DNA of 64,000 bases, taken from Amoebophrya sp. A120 (Eukaryota; Protista; Dinoflagellata). This document shows, in pieces, positions 1 through 16,859 of the stretch. The stretch is taken from positions 2,996,587 through 3,060,586 of the forward strand of contig CAJINV010000010.1 in assembly GCA_905178155.1 (NCBI GenBank), given 5' to 3'. Numbering within the stretch: position 1 is the stretch's first letter; each line of letters opens with the position of its first letter. Under the pieces are notes generated by a model. That model was not told the DNA's origin. It did no database searches and saw only the letters and a program-made list of their open reading frames with translations. Position numbers and translations under genes: made by a program.

Positions 1-750
1 GAGCGACGCCTCGTTTTATTTTTAAAAAGGGAGCAACGCCTCGTGTTACTTCTAGGTTTAGAGTCTTGTTCTGCGGCAGAAAATCATGCAGTCGTGGCTC
101 ACACGACACACACGATCAATCACAAAGACAAAATCAGAACCAGCACGGAGACCTTCGTACACGATGAACCGCAGCTGAAAATCAAGCACACAAGCTAGTG
201 AAGATCGCACAATAACCTTGAAGATCGTAGAGCAGTTTGGTTCATGGTAGAAGGAAGAGTATCGAAGAAGATCATCTTTAGCTGCCTTTACTGCGAGAGA
301 AGATGAAACCGAAACCGAAAATGTATACACAGTACCAAGGCCTGGAAGTTCTGTCTCAGGTAGGTCAGAAGTGGAACGCACGACACGTACTGAGTTTCGT
401 CACAAAGTGCGCCCTACACAGTCTGGCTCTACTTTATTTTAACTTTTGCTCTACAACTAGACTTCTTTGTCTATGCTGCTTCTTTGAGCAAACAGTTTTT
501 TCGCAACATACCGTCTCTTCTACATAACGTGGGTATCGAAATTCAAATTCTACAAGACCTCCCTCTCAACCACCTTTTCCAGGGGATGTTGAAATCAAGT
601 TAAAGTTGACACAACCTACTTGTTAGATCAGAGCATCAGACAGAAGAGTATAAAACGGCAGACCGAGATTTTGAAGTGATACTATTTTCACGCTATTTCA
701 AATGAGTTTTAATGTTGTCGTTTCAACTTCAAGTTGGTGATCTTTGACAC

Positions 751-4824
<4,074 letters not shown>

Positions 4825-5977
4825 CTAAGGAAGGTTTTGGGTTGAAGTTGATTTTTTGCCTGACCGTAGTTGAGTAGAGTTTTGTGTACGTCCTCTTGTC
4901 TGATTTGCAATGAAATCTAAACGTACCTCAGGTATGTATCCGCACTGCTCAGCAAATCTAAACGTACCTCAGCACCTTCATTTACGCTTTCTCTATGTCT
5001 TTGTACGCAACACCAACGCACAGCGGACGACTCGACGGAACGCTCAATTTCTAAAACGCTGGACCGGAAGTTGGTCTCAGTGTCGCGTGCCGTGTATCTT
5101 TTTCACGAAGTACTTTCACAGGACGTGATACACCAATTATCTTTATCTGATTTCTTGTGGACGAAAAATGTTCTTTAGTCGTACTACACGAGAAATGTTT
5201 TCTGACTCACGTCAACGTTGCCTTTCCAAATCCAATTCGCACGAACTGTTGCTCCTTACGAACGTCACGTAGCTCGGAACACTCTTCTTTAAGTGAAGCT
5301 ACGCAGTCAATTTCAACGAGAACGACAATGATGCGCAACGCATCAGCCTTTTTTGTTTTTCGCTTTTTATAAATAATTCTGCATATTATATATGGGGTTG
5401 TGTTTTGACAGCGTGAGTTCGAGATGTTGCTGCGTGTGGAAGACAACGCAGGCTGTGTTTTTATATTCTTCTCTTTGCATTTTGGCAACCAGCAAATTTT
5501 AGTGTAGGTAAAGCAAGAGCAAATAAACCAAGATTCTTTCTAAGTACTTACTTAACACTCGACACATGTCTGTGACTGATCGAAGCTAGTAACTTTACAT
5601 TTGTTCTTGAGTGACCAATCATTCCAAACATAATCTTCTCATGCTAGTGTGAGGAAACATCTGCTGCAACTACCACCAAAATCATGAAAAGTAATCGCGA
5701 AACTTTAAATTTCATTTCCATAGAAGAACATGTGACTAGTAATATACCTTTTTCATACACTTGTTTCTTCGGACGCAGTAATTTAGTTTACGCAGCTTTT
5801 TTAAACCCGCACTGGCGCTTACCGTACCACGCCCGGATTCCTCTTTAGTACACACTGTTGAAGATCTACTCGTTTCCCGTACGAAGATATCACCGCTGCA
5901 AGAACGCCACTTGTGAAAACGGCGTCCACTCAGCCAATCGCAACTTTGCTTCCGACAAGCCCCTCCGCATCTTCTTT

Positions 5978-8900
5978 TCACAGCCCCAAATGCAGGTCCT
6001 CGTTATACCAGTGCTCTGTTCCACCTGCTTCTTTATGCTTTTCCACCACCAAAACATCCGGCTTGTCGTTCTCGAAAGCGTCGCTGTTCCGATCTAGCAG
6101 CGACAGCGCCGGGGGCAGTCGGAAAAACTGATGACAGGTGCTTGAGACCGTGTTTTCCACGTGCAGCGCTCTGATCTGCTCCACATTCCGATGGTACGCC
6201 GGGACGAGAGGAAGATTTCTTTGCTCCGACTGTGAGTCCTGCTGGGGTTTACTGTTATTCAAATCGGCGTCGTCGTTCCTTATCGTCTTCCAGCTTCCAA
6301 AGTCATCTCTATGCTGGATCAGGATTTCTTGGTCGTTCTCAGCGAATTTTGTGACCGCTTCCCTGCTACTATAGGTGGGATTGCGCGCACTTTGTGAAGA
6401 AGTCACACTCGTTCCATTCGTATTCGTACTCCGAAGCAACCCAATTCTTGCACTATCGCCAGCTGCTGACCTACCGCCGGAAGTACTAGGCACAGACTCG
6501 ATGCGATTCAAGTACTCCGCAAGCCAGGCTTTCTCATCCACCTTTCGGCGCACGGATTCTTCGAACAACTTCACGGGTAGAATTTCATTTAACCTGCCGA
6601 ACATATGGTCCGCGCCGGTTGCGATGGTAGGCGGCGCTGGAGTTGTTCTCACAGAAGGTTCGTTTTGATGATGCAGCTCACCTGCTGCATCATCTTCATT
6701 ATGTTGTCGAAACAGCGCAAAGCCCTCGTTGATGAACTCCAATTTGTCAAAGTTTCCATTCCTACCATACTTCGCGACCCACGTTGTCCCACCACCCTCC
6801 TTGCTCCGCATCCGCCCTTCTAGCGGCTGATACGGTAGAAACTCCTTCTCCCGCTTCCCCGCAGTCTGCCACCAGCAGTAGCTCAACCGCTTTTCCGCGA
6901 TGTAGCGCTGTAGATAGAGGAAAAACACGGAATCGGTTTTGTCGGAATAATGCTTCTCCAAATCGAATCCAAATTCACCGATCCACACAGGAACGTTTAC
7001 ATCCTCCCCGGTTAAAAACCCCCACATCTGCTCGCTGTTCTTTTTCCATTCCTGGTACGTGGGAATGTAGTTGAGCAGAGTACTTCCTGCCCCTTGTGGG
7101 ATGTGGTGGACTTCATCTGTGGTAGCTGTAGCGGCCGCTCCCTCTTCTACAGCAGCAGGTGGGTCATGTGGCGGAAACAGGTCCTCGGCTTGTGGTCCGT
7201 CGCCGTCGGGCGAGCTGGCCCCACCCGCAATTGGGTTCCTATCGCTTCTCTCCGACGCAATTCCAACTCGCAGTTGTGATCGCGGCTGTTTATCGTCCAG
7301 GAATAAAGCCGATGACGCAGGTATTGTAGCCTGCGGAATGAACATCGCGGTTGGGTCTTGTGAGGTGATTGATGCGCCGTTAATATTTGAATTTGCTGTG
7401 CTTTTCATCATCCCACGATCCGATGTCGGCGTCGTCATCGAGACGTTTTCTGCATCCCATGATCCGACGTTATCTGCTCCTCCACCCCGCGTTGCAGCGG
7501 GCGTAGAGCGGCTTCTAGTGGAGTCCAGAAACAGCGTTCCTGCATCAACCGACCCAGGACTTGCAGCTGCAACACCAAGAACGCGACCTCCGCGCGGCAC
7601 TACGTAGTTAGCTGGTATAATCGACGACGAAACCGATCTTGATCTGGTCTCTCTGCCCCGGTTGCTCCGTGCTCGCCCGGAAGAAGAATCGCCAGCGGTC
7701 GCGTTTCCGTTTCCACCACTACCCATAATCGCCCCAAACGCAAACAAGCTTTCGAAACACGAGACCGGTAGCTCGTCCCCCTTCCTCGCCATCGCATTCC
7801 CCACTCGTCCCGCCCGTTCGATCGCAGAGATCGCCCTTTCTTCCACGTTGTGCAGTCCCTTTTCCACTTCCTCCTTCACGTGCTGGGCCTCCTCCACCAG
7901 TAATTCCCGGTCAAACGTGTAGGGGTACCTGACAAAATCGTAATCGTGGACGGAGTAGACGATTTTGCCCGGAAAGCGGCCGTGGAGGTTGTAAAACTGC
8001 ACAGACTTTTTGGGAAACCGTAGTTGCTGGAAAACGCCGCCGACGATCACCAGCATGTGAGGCGCGATGGTCTGCATCCGGAGGGCAGAGGCCTCCGCGA
8101 TCGGCGCCCAATCTAAGTCTTTGCTGTTGTAGTGTGGCTCGCTTTATGCACGTGGAAAAGATCATCATCCTGATCCGTGGTTTCCGTACTAAAAGTAGAG
8201 CGATTTTTACATTTTTTCAATTGATTTTCTATTCCTCCCACTAGCGAACGTCGCTATCGGAGGTCATACTGAATCTGGCACTTGGGCCGCACAGGGCAGA
8301 AGCTTGCCGTGCAAAAATAGCATGATCGCTTGCTCCACACGGTGAACGTTCAAATTCCTTTCCGCGTCATACCTTGAACTGTTTCCTCTTAAACGTTTTC
8401 GTCACCACCGGTTCCCCTGTCGTTTCATTGTACTCCAACGCATCGAATCCTGTGCAAAAGTATCGTACTCGTACTAATTGCAAATATGCATGACAAATCT
8501 TTCTCCTAAGGTATAACAGCATTACAAATTCCATTTTTCTTCTTGCCAAAATTTGTAATGCAATTTATACTAGTACGTTACTTTTGCAATGCATACATCG
8601 GCCACAAACCGCGTCTCCTCGATTTCCTCCACTTGCCTTGGCTTCGAATTCCAAAATGGCGCGATGGCACCGCGCACCGCGGTCTCGAAGAAAGATCTGC
8701 CCATGGATTTTCTATGCATTGCAAAAGCATCGTACGTAGTCGTAGTGTGAATTGCATCACAAATTTTCTCAAGAAGAAAACAGAAATTTGTCATGCAGAT
8801 TCAGGTAAGATAGCTGATTTCTCATGTATACCTGCAATTTGTAAGAGTGCAATGCTTTTGCATATGCATATTTTCCCTCTTCCACCAGTTTCGGCCGCAC

Positions 8901-10414
8901 CTCGTTTCGAAGGTCGATGCCGACAACATACTTGTTGTACCGGTAGCGACTTGCGAGGAAAGAAACGTGATCCAGAAACTTCCCCGTGGGGTACCTGTCC
9001 GTAAACCAGTACTCATTGCCATCTATGCAATACAAATTCCCCTACACGACGAACAAAATGCATCACAAATTTCTCTAACTTAGCGCGTAGCGCTTGTCTG
9101 TCATGCTAACTAGGATCGAAGGCGAGGTTTGTCATGCAGAAATCGCAAGATCTGTACGTCGTCGTGCACGGGGGATTTACTGTGCATACCATCAGTGTAG
9201 CTGCAACACCATCCGGCGTCAGACATGTGGTTGTTTAGGATGACGAAAAGTTTTTTCTCCGTGATTTTTTCCACGACCGCATCTAGCAGGCACAGTGGAA
9301 GTTCGCGTTGTTTCTCCGAGTAGAGAGTCGTGAAGCCAATCGTGTTACCGACGTCTTCCTTCGGCGAGAATACAGAAGCAGCTTTTCCGATCGTCGATGA
9401 AAATGCGACTGTCCTCGTTCCACTACCACCAGATGCACTCGATGAAAACGGATTACACTTGTCAAACAACTCCGGATTCGCCTTCAGCGCGGTTCGCAAC
9501 TCCGCTTCACTTTGGCAGATTTTCAGATTTTCGCAGAACCCAAAAATCTGGTCGAGAGAATAGTTTAACCTGATGTGATTCAGGTCCCAGTTGATGAATT
9601 GATTCAAAACGTCGTCGATCGCGATGTCGGCGAAAAACGGTTCCGTCCCGAGCTTCCCATGCAGAGCCCAATTCGCACCTCTTAGTAGCACCGGGGTATT
9701 TTTCTTATCGTAGATCCACCGGCCTTTCGTGTGGAGTGGCGGGACGTAGTTGTGAGTGGCGGTGAGATGGCGCTGCGGTCGTGCAGGTGGTTGATCACTC
9801 CGAGTGCTGGAGGGTTTGTCTGTAGAAGTTTCTGTGCGTAGTTCTTCACTATCAACGAAAACGGTTCTGGGCGGTTGCGTGGTCGGAGCGCCCCCGTGTT
9901 TTTTTGCACCAGCAACGGCAGGAGCAGCTCCGACTACGCGGCTGTCGTTGGTACTATCATTTTCGATCACGACGGGTTGGCCTCTGGAAGCAACTTTCGA
10001 ACTCCACCTGCCCCCCAGCAGAGCTTTTGGTACGACCAAATTTCTCGCCGATCCCGATGCTGGTGGTCTTCTGGTGTAGGTTCTTCTTCTCCAGCGTGGT
10101 TTCGCTCGCGATCTTGCACCATCTTCGGCATGAACAAAGTCGAAGAGTTTACTCTGATCAGATGAAAAAGGCGCTGCTAGTAGACCCGAGGATGAAGTGG
10201 CCCATCGTCCGCGGAGAAGAAGTAGGTCGCACAGGCAAAGCAGAACAGGAACACCCACCGTTGCTAGAAGCGTCGAGAGCAGGACCAGCCGGGGCCGCCG
10301 AAAGGGGCTAGTGCGTTTCGTCCCTTTCGAAACAATAGAAGAACGACAGCGAAGTGAAGACGACGAACAGGACGCACTACTGGTAGGGGTAAGGCACATT
10401 CTTGTGTTTCCCAT
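5978..10414 (-). CDS. glycoside hydrolase family 5 (cellulase-type) with N-terminal hydrophobic anchor; 4 introner introns
   Basis: Motifs LRGANW, NHIRLNYS, VILNNH, WCCS..DG, VVGIDLRNEVR (acid/base Glu), YSVHDY and PVWIGEFG (nucleophile Glu) become contiguous after introner removal. Confidence 0.85.
8145..8371. mobile_element. degenerate introner-like intron (singleton)
   Basis: TATGCACGTGGAAAAG...CCTTTCCGCGTCATA imperfect TIR with decayed flanks CGCTT/CCTTG. Removing element+5 restores the frame. Confidence 0.65.
8446..8595. mobile_element. introner family A (orientation F)
   Basis: TIR TGCAAAAGTATCGTAC; AAT variant start; TSD CATCG. Confidence 0.9.
8713..8870. mobile_element. introner family A (orientation R)
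   Basis: TAT..ATA, family A TIR; TSD TTTTC. Confidence 0.9.
9024..9188. mobile_element. introner family D
   Basis: TATGCAATACAAATTCCCC...GGGGATTTACTGTGCATA; TSD CCATC; similar to 55452-55605. Confidence 0.88.
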
Positions 10415-10912
10415 AGCGTGTGGAAGATGTTGTAGTTTTTATAAATATTTTGTTTACACGATGAAATTATGCGCCCAAGCCACGAAGACGGCGAAAGAAC
10501 TGCTTTTGGAAGTCGTGTAGCGTTGATCTACATGCTTTTCAGTCTTAGACACCAGTAGTACAAACACACGACATTCAGTAGGAAGGTCAACGAAATCCGA
10601 AGTTCGTAGTAGAATGTTTTGCAATGCTCTTCTGGCTGGATCTTCAAAAGGGACTCCGACGTCGAGAACCAGTGTTGATCTTGTTTGAGTTTCTGACGTC
10701 ACAACCAGCTCCACACCGGAAGTAAGTTGATGATCGAGAAAGTTTTCATGAAAAAAAAAAGTGTCGAGCTGTGGGTCTCCTTCTCTCTTCTGCAGCACTG
10801 AACAAGATGAAGATTTCTCAATACAATCTAGTACTTATTTGCCTTCGTCTTCATAGTTCATCATCGTTCATGTTTGCGTTTGTGAAATCTCTGGTGCACA
10901 ACTTCCATCCCA

Positions 10913-13177
10913 TCACGGCTGCGGAGCGTTTTTCTTGAAGCGTTTCGCGTTGTTCTCTACAGCATCAGGAGGCGTTAGAACACGACCTGAACCGAAGTCA
11001 TTTGGATCATTCGGTCTACTGCCTCCACGCAGCAAATACGTATCCACCCCCGCCTGCACAAACTTCGGTGCGACGAACACCTGCTTGAACTCCGCCTGGC
11101 TCGGTGGAGACATTTTCTGAATCCAGCCCTCCTCGGTGATATTGGTAAAGGTAAGGCTCTCTAAGTTCGACTCCTTCACTTTGACTTCATTTTCGGATAT
11201 GGAAACGTACTCATTGAGCGCACCGCTGCGCAAAGCCGGATTGATCAGGCCCCTGGGACTACCGGCACTACCATCGTCGACTTCGTTGTAGAAGCAATTG
11301 CCATCTCCAAAATCATCGGTCCCCGCGGTTGCGGCAGGGGCGGTTGCCGAGGGCGTTGGCGCGAACAACCTGTTACCATGGTCTCCTGTTCGAGGCGTAG
11401 GCGTAGTTTTCTTTCCAAGAACGCTGCCGCTGTTCAAACTTCCGACAAAAGTCTTCTCCAGGTCGCAGGCGCGTTTGGTCAGCACGCTTGTCTTGTTTAG
11501 ACAGGCTGAGTTGATAGTTCCAACACCAACACCTAGTTGTAAAGCCGCCCCACTTCTGAATGATGTGGCGGATGAGGAACTACTACCACCGCTAAAGGTG
11601 CCAGATGATGAAACAACTTCGCCCGTTTGTCCTCCGCCAACTCGCGACAGAAGTTGTCCGGTCTCTCGTCGTCCACCGTCGCTGGCTGCGCCGCCCGCAG
11701 CCACAACAGCGTGGACCTGAGCCCCCGACTTCGGATTTTGCCAAGGCGCGAAGGTTGCGTCCAGGATCGGCACGCCGGATTGCGTTGTTCGCGGAGGCAT
11801 GGGCGGGCCAGGATTTTCAGGTGGCGCGGCGTCGATTAGGTTCCTTGCAGAAGAAATGCCGGTGGAAGAACTAGCTCCAGCACTTGCAGCCGCGAGCTGT
11901 AGAGGCACCGCTGTACTATTACCTTCCTCGCGAGGTTGATCTAGTACTCGAGCTTGTGCTCCTTGGTGTTCTTGCAAGGGTTCGTCCTGCTCAGGGTTTG
12001 TAGGTGGAGGTAAGCTTTGGCCGGGTGGTGGTGGACGAGGTGGTGATACTTGTTTGCGTTCCTCCGGCGCGTATACTTCTTGATTGCCTGATGGTCCTTC
12101 GCCTCTGTGCTTCTCACCAAGTGATGACGCAGCCCCACGACGTCCAGTAGCGCTGGGCGGATCTTCTTCCCGATCAAAAAGTCCCTGTTTCGCGCAAAAA
12201 GCTTCTTCAACAACTGTAACCATGCCACCGGAAATTTCATTCGGCTTTGCAGCATTTGGTGGTGGCGATGACCGTGAAGCAGCTTTCTCAACCCGTTCCG
12301 GAGTTTCTCCATGAGACGCCTTGTTTTCCATTTTCCCTGGAAGGGGATCCAGTTCCGCGGAGTGGCTTCTAGGCTTGATAATTTCACGGTCGTCTTCAGA
12401 GTCCGATAAAACAATGATTTCGTCGACGTCGTCGAGATGTGTTTTTGCAGCTTGCGCTTTGGCAGCTCCAGCATGGTCCGAATTGTTCGCAGCAACATCT
12501 TGCTTACAACCAGTCGTGATCTTCATGTGTTGCGTACTAGAAACGGCCTGTTTCTGTCTGTAGTTCTTCCATGGAGGTCTCTCGTTCATGCTCTCGGCAA
12601 CCGGAGGACGAGCGGCGAGGACATCTTTGGTGCCGGTGGCACTGCCCCCACCAGAACTCTCATGCCTGGCCGCTTTGGCTCCCACTTGCAGAGGGAGCTC
12701 GTCGGCACTCTGCTCGCCAGCCGAGCGCGACGGTACTCCTAGATCCGCAGCGATACTCTCATCCTCCGGAATAATCGCAGTTTCCTCCACGACGGGGGCT
12801 ATTGAAACGTGAGACTCAGGCACAGCTGCTGGACGTACTTCCTGATGCGACGCCGAAGAAGATCCTGCAGCCCCCGCCGCCGCCGCCGCTCCGGCGGCAG
12901 CCTTTTTCTCCCGGTTTGGTTTCTTCCCACTGCCCGCACCAGACGCTGCAGGAGCCCCACGAGCGCCTGCATTCGAATTCGAATTGTCGTGTGCATTGGA
13001 GGAGGGCCGTGGCTGCTGATCATGCAGCGATGCTTGCTCGAGTGAAGACTGGGGGATCAGCAATGTCTCGCCGAGTTCTTCTTTCAACCTCGCTAGCAGC
13101 TCGGCTTTTTTCCCGCTCGTCGGAAGCTTGTTCTCGCGACACAGGTCGCGGAGCTGGGCGACGCGGAGCTTGTCCAT
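10913..13177 (-). CDS. SAP-domain protein (N-terminal SAP, long low-complexity tail), single exon
   Basis: 754-aa ORF starting MDKLRVAQLRDLCRENKLPTSGKKAELLARL, which matches the SAP consensus. Confidence 0.85.
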   Translation of the reverse strand: MDKLRVAQLRDLCRENKLPTSGKKAELLARLKEELGETLLIPQSSLEQASLHDQQPRPSSNAHDNSNSNAGARGAPAASGAGSGKKPNREKKAAAGAAAAAGAAGSSSASHQEVRPAAVPESHVSIAPVVEETAIIPEDESIAADLGVPSRSAGEQSADELPLQVGAKAARHESSGGGSATGTKDVLAARPPVAESMNERPPWKNYRQKQAVSSTQHMKITTGCKQDVAANNSDHAGAAKAQAAKTHLDDVDEIIVLSDSEDDREIIKPRSHSAELDPLPGKMENKASHGETPERVEKAASRSSPPPNAAKPNEISGGMVTVVEEAFCAKQGLFDREEDPPSATGRRGAASSLGEKHRGEGPSGNQEVYAPEERKQVSPPRPPPPGQSLPPPTNPEQDEPLQEHQGAQARVLDQPREEGNSTAVPLQLAAASAGASSSTGISSARNLIDAAPPENPGPPMPPRTTQSGVPILDATFAPWQNPKSGAQVHAVVAAGGAASDGGRRETGQLLSRVGGGQTGEVVSSSGTFSGGSSSSSATSFRSGAALQLGVGVGTINSACLNKTSVLTKRACDLEKTFVGSLNSGSVLGKKTTPTPRTGDHGNRLFAPTPSATAPAATAGTDDFGDGNCFYNEVDDGSAGSPRGLINPALRSGALNEYVSISENEVKVKESNLESLTFTNITEEGWIQKMSPPSQAEFKQVFVAPKFVQAGVDTYLLRGGSRPNDPNDFGSGRVLTPPDAVENNAKRFKKNAPQP

Positions 13178-13959
13178 AGTTGTGTTTGGAGTCTATTTTT
13201 TCTAAATCAAGATGATCAATACCAAATACAGAACTTCGGTACGATGAAGAATCGAAATTGATTGACATAATTGACAGATAGTCTGCTCTTGTCCGGCTAT
13301 GGGAGCGACGTCATCGCCGTACGATCTGTGGGTAGACGTAGAGGTCAACTCCCTTTACTGCAGCTGCAGGCTCAATGTATGCGGTTTCTCAAACAAATAC
13401 ATCAAAGCCAAAAAACGAATTGCGTGTGCGCTTTTTAAGGTGAGCGGGAAGGCAAAAAACGGAAAATCGTCGAGTCGCACAACATCCTGGCCCACGTTAA
13501 TGGCGCATCAAGAAACAGAAACCACAAGTAGGCATAGTTGTCACAAAATCAATCTCACTTCTGAAGGACCCTCTTGCAACATGCTCCTGAAAGCAGATCA
13601 AGATCTTAACACTTTACAACAGAGAAAGGATATTTCTTTAGCATCGTCAGACATCAGCTTGCTTACGGAAACAAATATACTCATATTGCGATCGCTGTAA
13701 CCGTTGCAGCAGGAGCTGAAATAGAGTATCAATCTCATGTCGAAGATGCGCACGGCGAAAAAGTGAGCCTCGTCTTTGTGGTATTTCGTGGCCTGTGTAG
13801 AAGTACTCGCAAAAACATGAACGAGCACGACGGCAAGGCGAGTGCGATCGGCCCTAAACGGCTGCGGGCTGCCATGTGCCTGCTTTCTTTTTGCTATCTC
13901 CATCCTACCTCTTCACTATCACTGTTTTTTTTGTTTCTTTCTTTCTTTGTTGGACACGG

Positions 13960-14990
13960 TCGGCCCTACCCCCGCCCGGCTCCATATGCGGCCGCTCTCG
14001 CATCTTTCTCCCCCCCCCCCCCCCGAGAGAATCGAAAGCCTGCCCAATTGCGATCGACACTGCAGCCGGGCTGGCGCCAATGACTAAACGCGGCCTCCCG
14101 GCTGCGCATGAAATTCACGGCAGAGCAGCGCCAACACGCCCCAGCCCCTGTGGGCGCGCCGAGCGATTGATACGGGGCGGCGGGCCCGAACAATGCAGGG
14201 CGAAGGGCATGCGCGCAAGCCAGCAACCAGGCAACCCGGGAAGCGGCGGCGGGCCGCCCATGAATCAATTGAACCCGTGCGGCCGGCCGGCCCACTAGTT
14301 ATGCGGCCGCGCGCGCTGCGCGAAACAAGCGGGGGGGCGGGGCGGGGCAAACGCCAGAAGGCTAGCCGGACGCGCCCACGGGCGCCAAAATAACGCAGCC
14401 GCGGGCGCGCGGGGGGCCACGAGTGCAACAAGCTTTGGGGGCGGGCGGCGGTCGTATCGAGATACGCCCGCCATGCGGGCGGGCGTGTTCTTGTCTTCGC
14501 TTTCACTGCCCGGGTGCATGCGCTCGCGGGGCCCACCCGCCGCGCATGCGGCTCCGACGGGCCAAGCAGAGCAGACCGACGGGCCAAAGAAATGGCAAAA
14601 CCACCAAAGGCGCGGCGGCGCCGACCAATGAGTCCGCGGCACCTGGTGCGCAACTTCTCTCCGCAGGCGCCGCTCATCGCCCCGAAGCTGGCTGCAAGCG
14701 CCGGCCCCCATACACCAGAGCGGGCGCCCTATGTATTACCATCACACACACTCACCCTGCGCGCACACAAACTCACAAAAGCATTAGATTTAGAAGGCAG
14801 CTGCTTTCTCAAGCACTCACACACACACACACGCACACATACTCCTTTCGTGCGATGCCCGTCTCGTCGCTGAGCAGAAGTGTCCGTATAAGCCGGGGCA
14901 GCATCGAACTGACTGGCGAGGACGCTGCAGCCAAGAGTTGTACAGACTTCATGAGCGGTTTTTCGTTTTTCCTGAGCAAGATCATTGGAA
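13960..14990. repeat. GC-rich degenerate repeat island, paralogous to 16860-17690
   Basis: Shared blocks ACCAAAGGCGCGGCG, GCTTTCTCAARCACTCAC, GTATAAGCCGGG and CTGCAGCYAAG at ~2.7 kb offset. Confidence 0.6.
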
Positions 14991-15113
14991 AATAGTTTCA
15001 ACATAAAGTGCTACGGAACTGCGTCGAAGTGTAGAAGACGCAGCGCCGTTTCTTTTGTCGCGTGATGTGGCCTCTTCTCCTTCATCTCACTCTGCTTTAT
15101 AATTACAACTACC

Positions 15114-16255
15114 TTACTGGTAGCACTCGGGAGGGCGAAGCGGAGCTGCTTGGTCGCGGCTGGCGGGCCGCCGCTGGAGCAGCGCGCCCGCGTTTTCGTG
15201 TCGGGCAGCGAGTTTGCCGTAGTGGCTATCAACCAGGGCGTGCGACACGGTCAGCACGGCCGGCATTTGATTCTGGATCCACTTCAGCCCTTCCCCCGGG
15301 TATGCTTTGTCCGACCCCTGGATCTTCAGGGGGTAGCGGTAAATCATGGCGTAGCGCACCCACACACGCCAGTTGGTGTCCTCGCTCCGTTGAATTTTGA
15401 GCGGCCCAACCCAGTGCTCGAAAGGCCCCGGAGGGGCCGGGGACCAGAATCCAAGCTCAGCGCTAGTGGCCACGTCGATCGCGCTTCTTGCCCGGACGTC
15501 CCACGGGACCCGAAATCTTGGCGGATCTGCCACGGTCCACCCATCCGTCGTACCGGGGCGCTTGTGAACAAACATGATGAGCAGCCTCCAGCTTAGCCCC
15601 TGTTTCAGATCCTGTTCGAACCTCTCTCGGCTTCCACATCCGAAACAAAGTCCGCCGCAGTCCCAGCCCGGCGGCACAGGCTCGCGCTGCGTTTCCGTAG
15701 GAGGATTGGGATTTTTGCGTCCCGGTTGTTCCGAAAAATGCCGCGCGGTGGGCGGGCCGAATGTTGCAATTGCGCGCCGAAGGCTGCCGTGCTCTGCTCC
15801 GTCGAACTGTAATCCACCCGGGCATATCAAATGCACATATGTGTGGGCCTCGAAACTTGCGATGCAAATCTACGAACTGTGGGCGCGCTGCAATATTATG
15901 CAACTCGACATGACAAGTTTTTGCACTGCTGTGCGTTTCGTTTTTCGCATGACGAACAACGTTTTTCTTTTTGCATAAAGACAGGCAAGACGGCCCTTTT
16001 GCTGCTCATGCATCACAGATTTAAGAGTCAGTCATGCCAGACAAGCATGACAAACTTGCATTCTTCCAGACCCACACATAATTGCATTTGATTCATTTTG
16101 ATAGGGCAAAGACAATCTTCGGCCGCGTATCCATTTCCCTGCGGCTCATCAAAAGGGGAAAAAGGGCCTTCCTGTGCGCGCTGAGCCACTAACGCGATCC
16201 CACAAACCGACTGCAGAGCAACAAACAGGAATAGAGCGGCTACGACAACCACCAT
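15114..16255 (-). CDS. hypothetical secreted protein, 2 exons
   Basis: Signal-peptide-like MVVVVAALFLFVALQSVCG. ORFs 16028-16339 and 15114-15836 join in frame (EDCLCP|GGLQ) after removing introner 15825-16103. Confidence 0.6.
15825..16103. mobile_element. introner family B (diverged)
   Basis: TATCAAATG...TTCCAGACCCACACA...GATA; TSD GGGCA. Confidence 0.85.
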
Positions 16256-16859
16256 GCTTTGTTCTGCGCCACAACTACACAACTTCACTCTGTTCACCAT
16301 ACTCGCATCGGATGCGTGCAGAAGCTCAAAGTCGACCAAATATAGTTAGTCTGTAGTTCAGAATAGATGACAGAAAGGCAAAGGGAGCCCGCTAGATTTT
16401 TATAAATATACCTTACATCGGCAAAAGTCGACAGAACAGCGCAAATGGCCCCAGATCCGTGATCACAAAATGCACAAGGAAGAGAAAGCACGAGAACACA
16501 AATAGGAAGCGAAGGAAAACAGGCACAACAAAAAATGCCAAAGGTCTGAAAATTTGAAAGAACCGAAAGAACTAGATCAACAAAGAAAAACTGAAATAAA
16601 ACATAGCACGAAAACGGAACAAAGGGGACACCGCCTCGAGCTCTTCACTTCGCCACAGGCTTCACATCCGCCGCACATTGATGGGTGGGACCAGTAGAAA
16701 AAAGCATTGGGCCTAGGCTAGCGCTCAAGGCGAGAAAGCAAAGAACTTTTCCAAGAAGACCAAAACCACAGCAAGGAAATGCACAATGAACGCAAGCGCA
16801 AAGCGCGTTTTTTCGTGCGGGGATGTAGCTGTTCCGAGAGAGTGCAACTTATTACAAGA

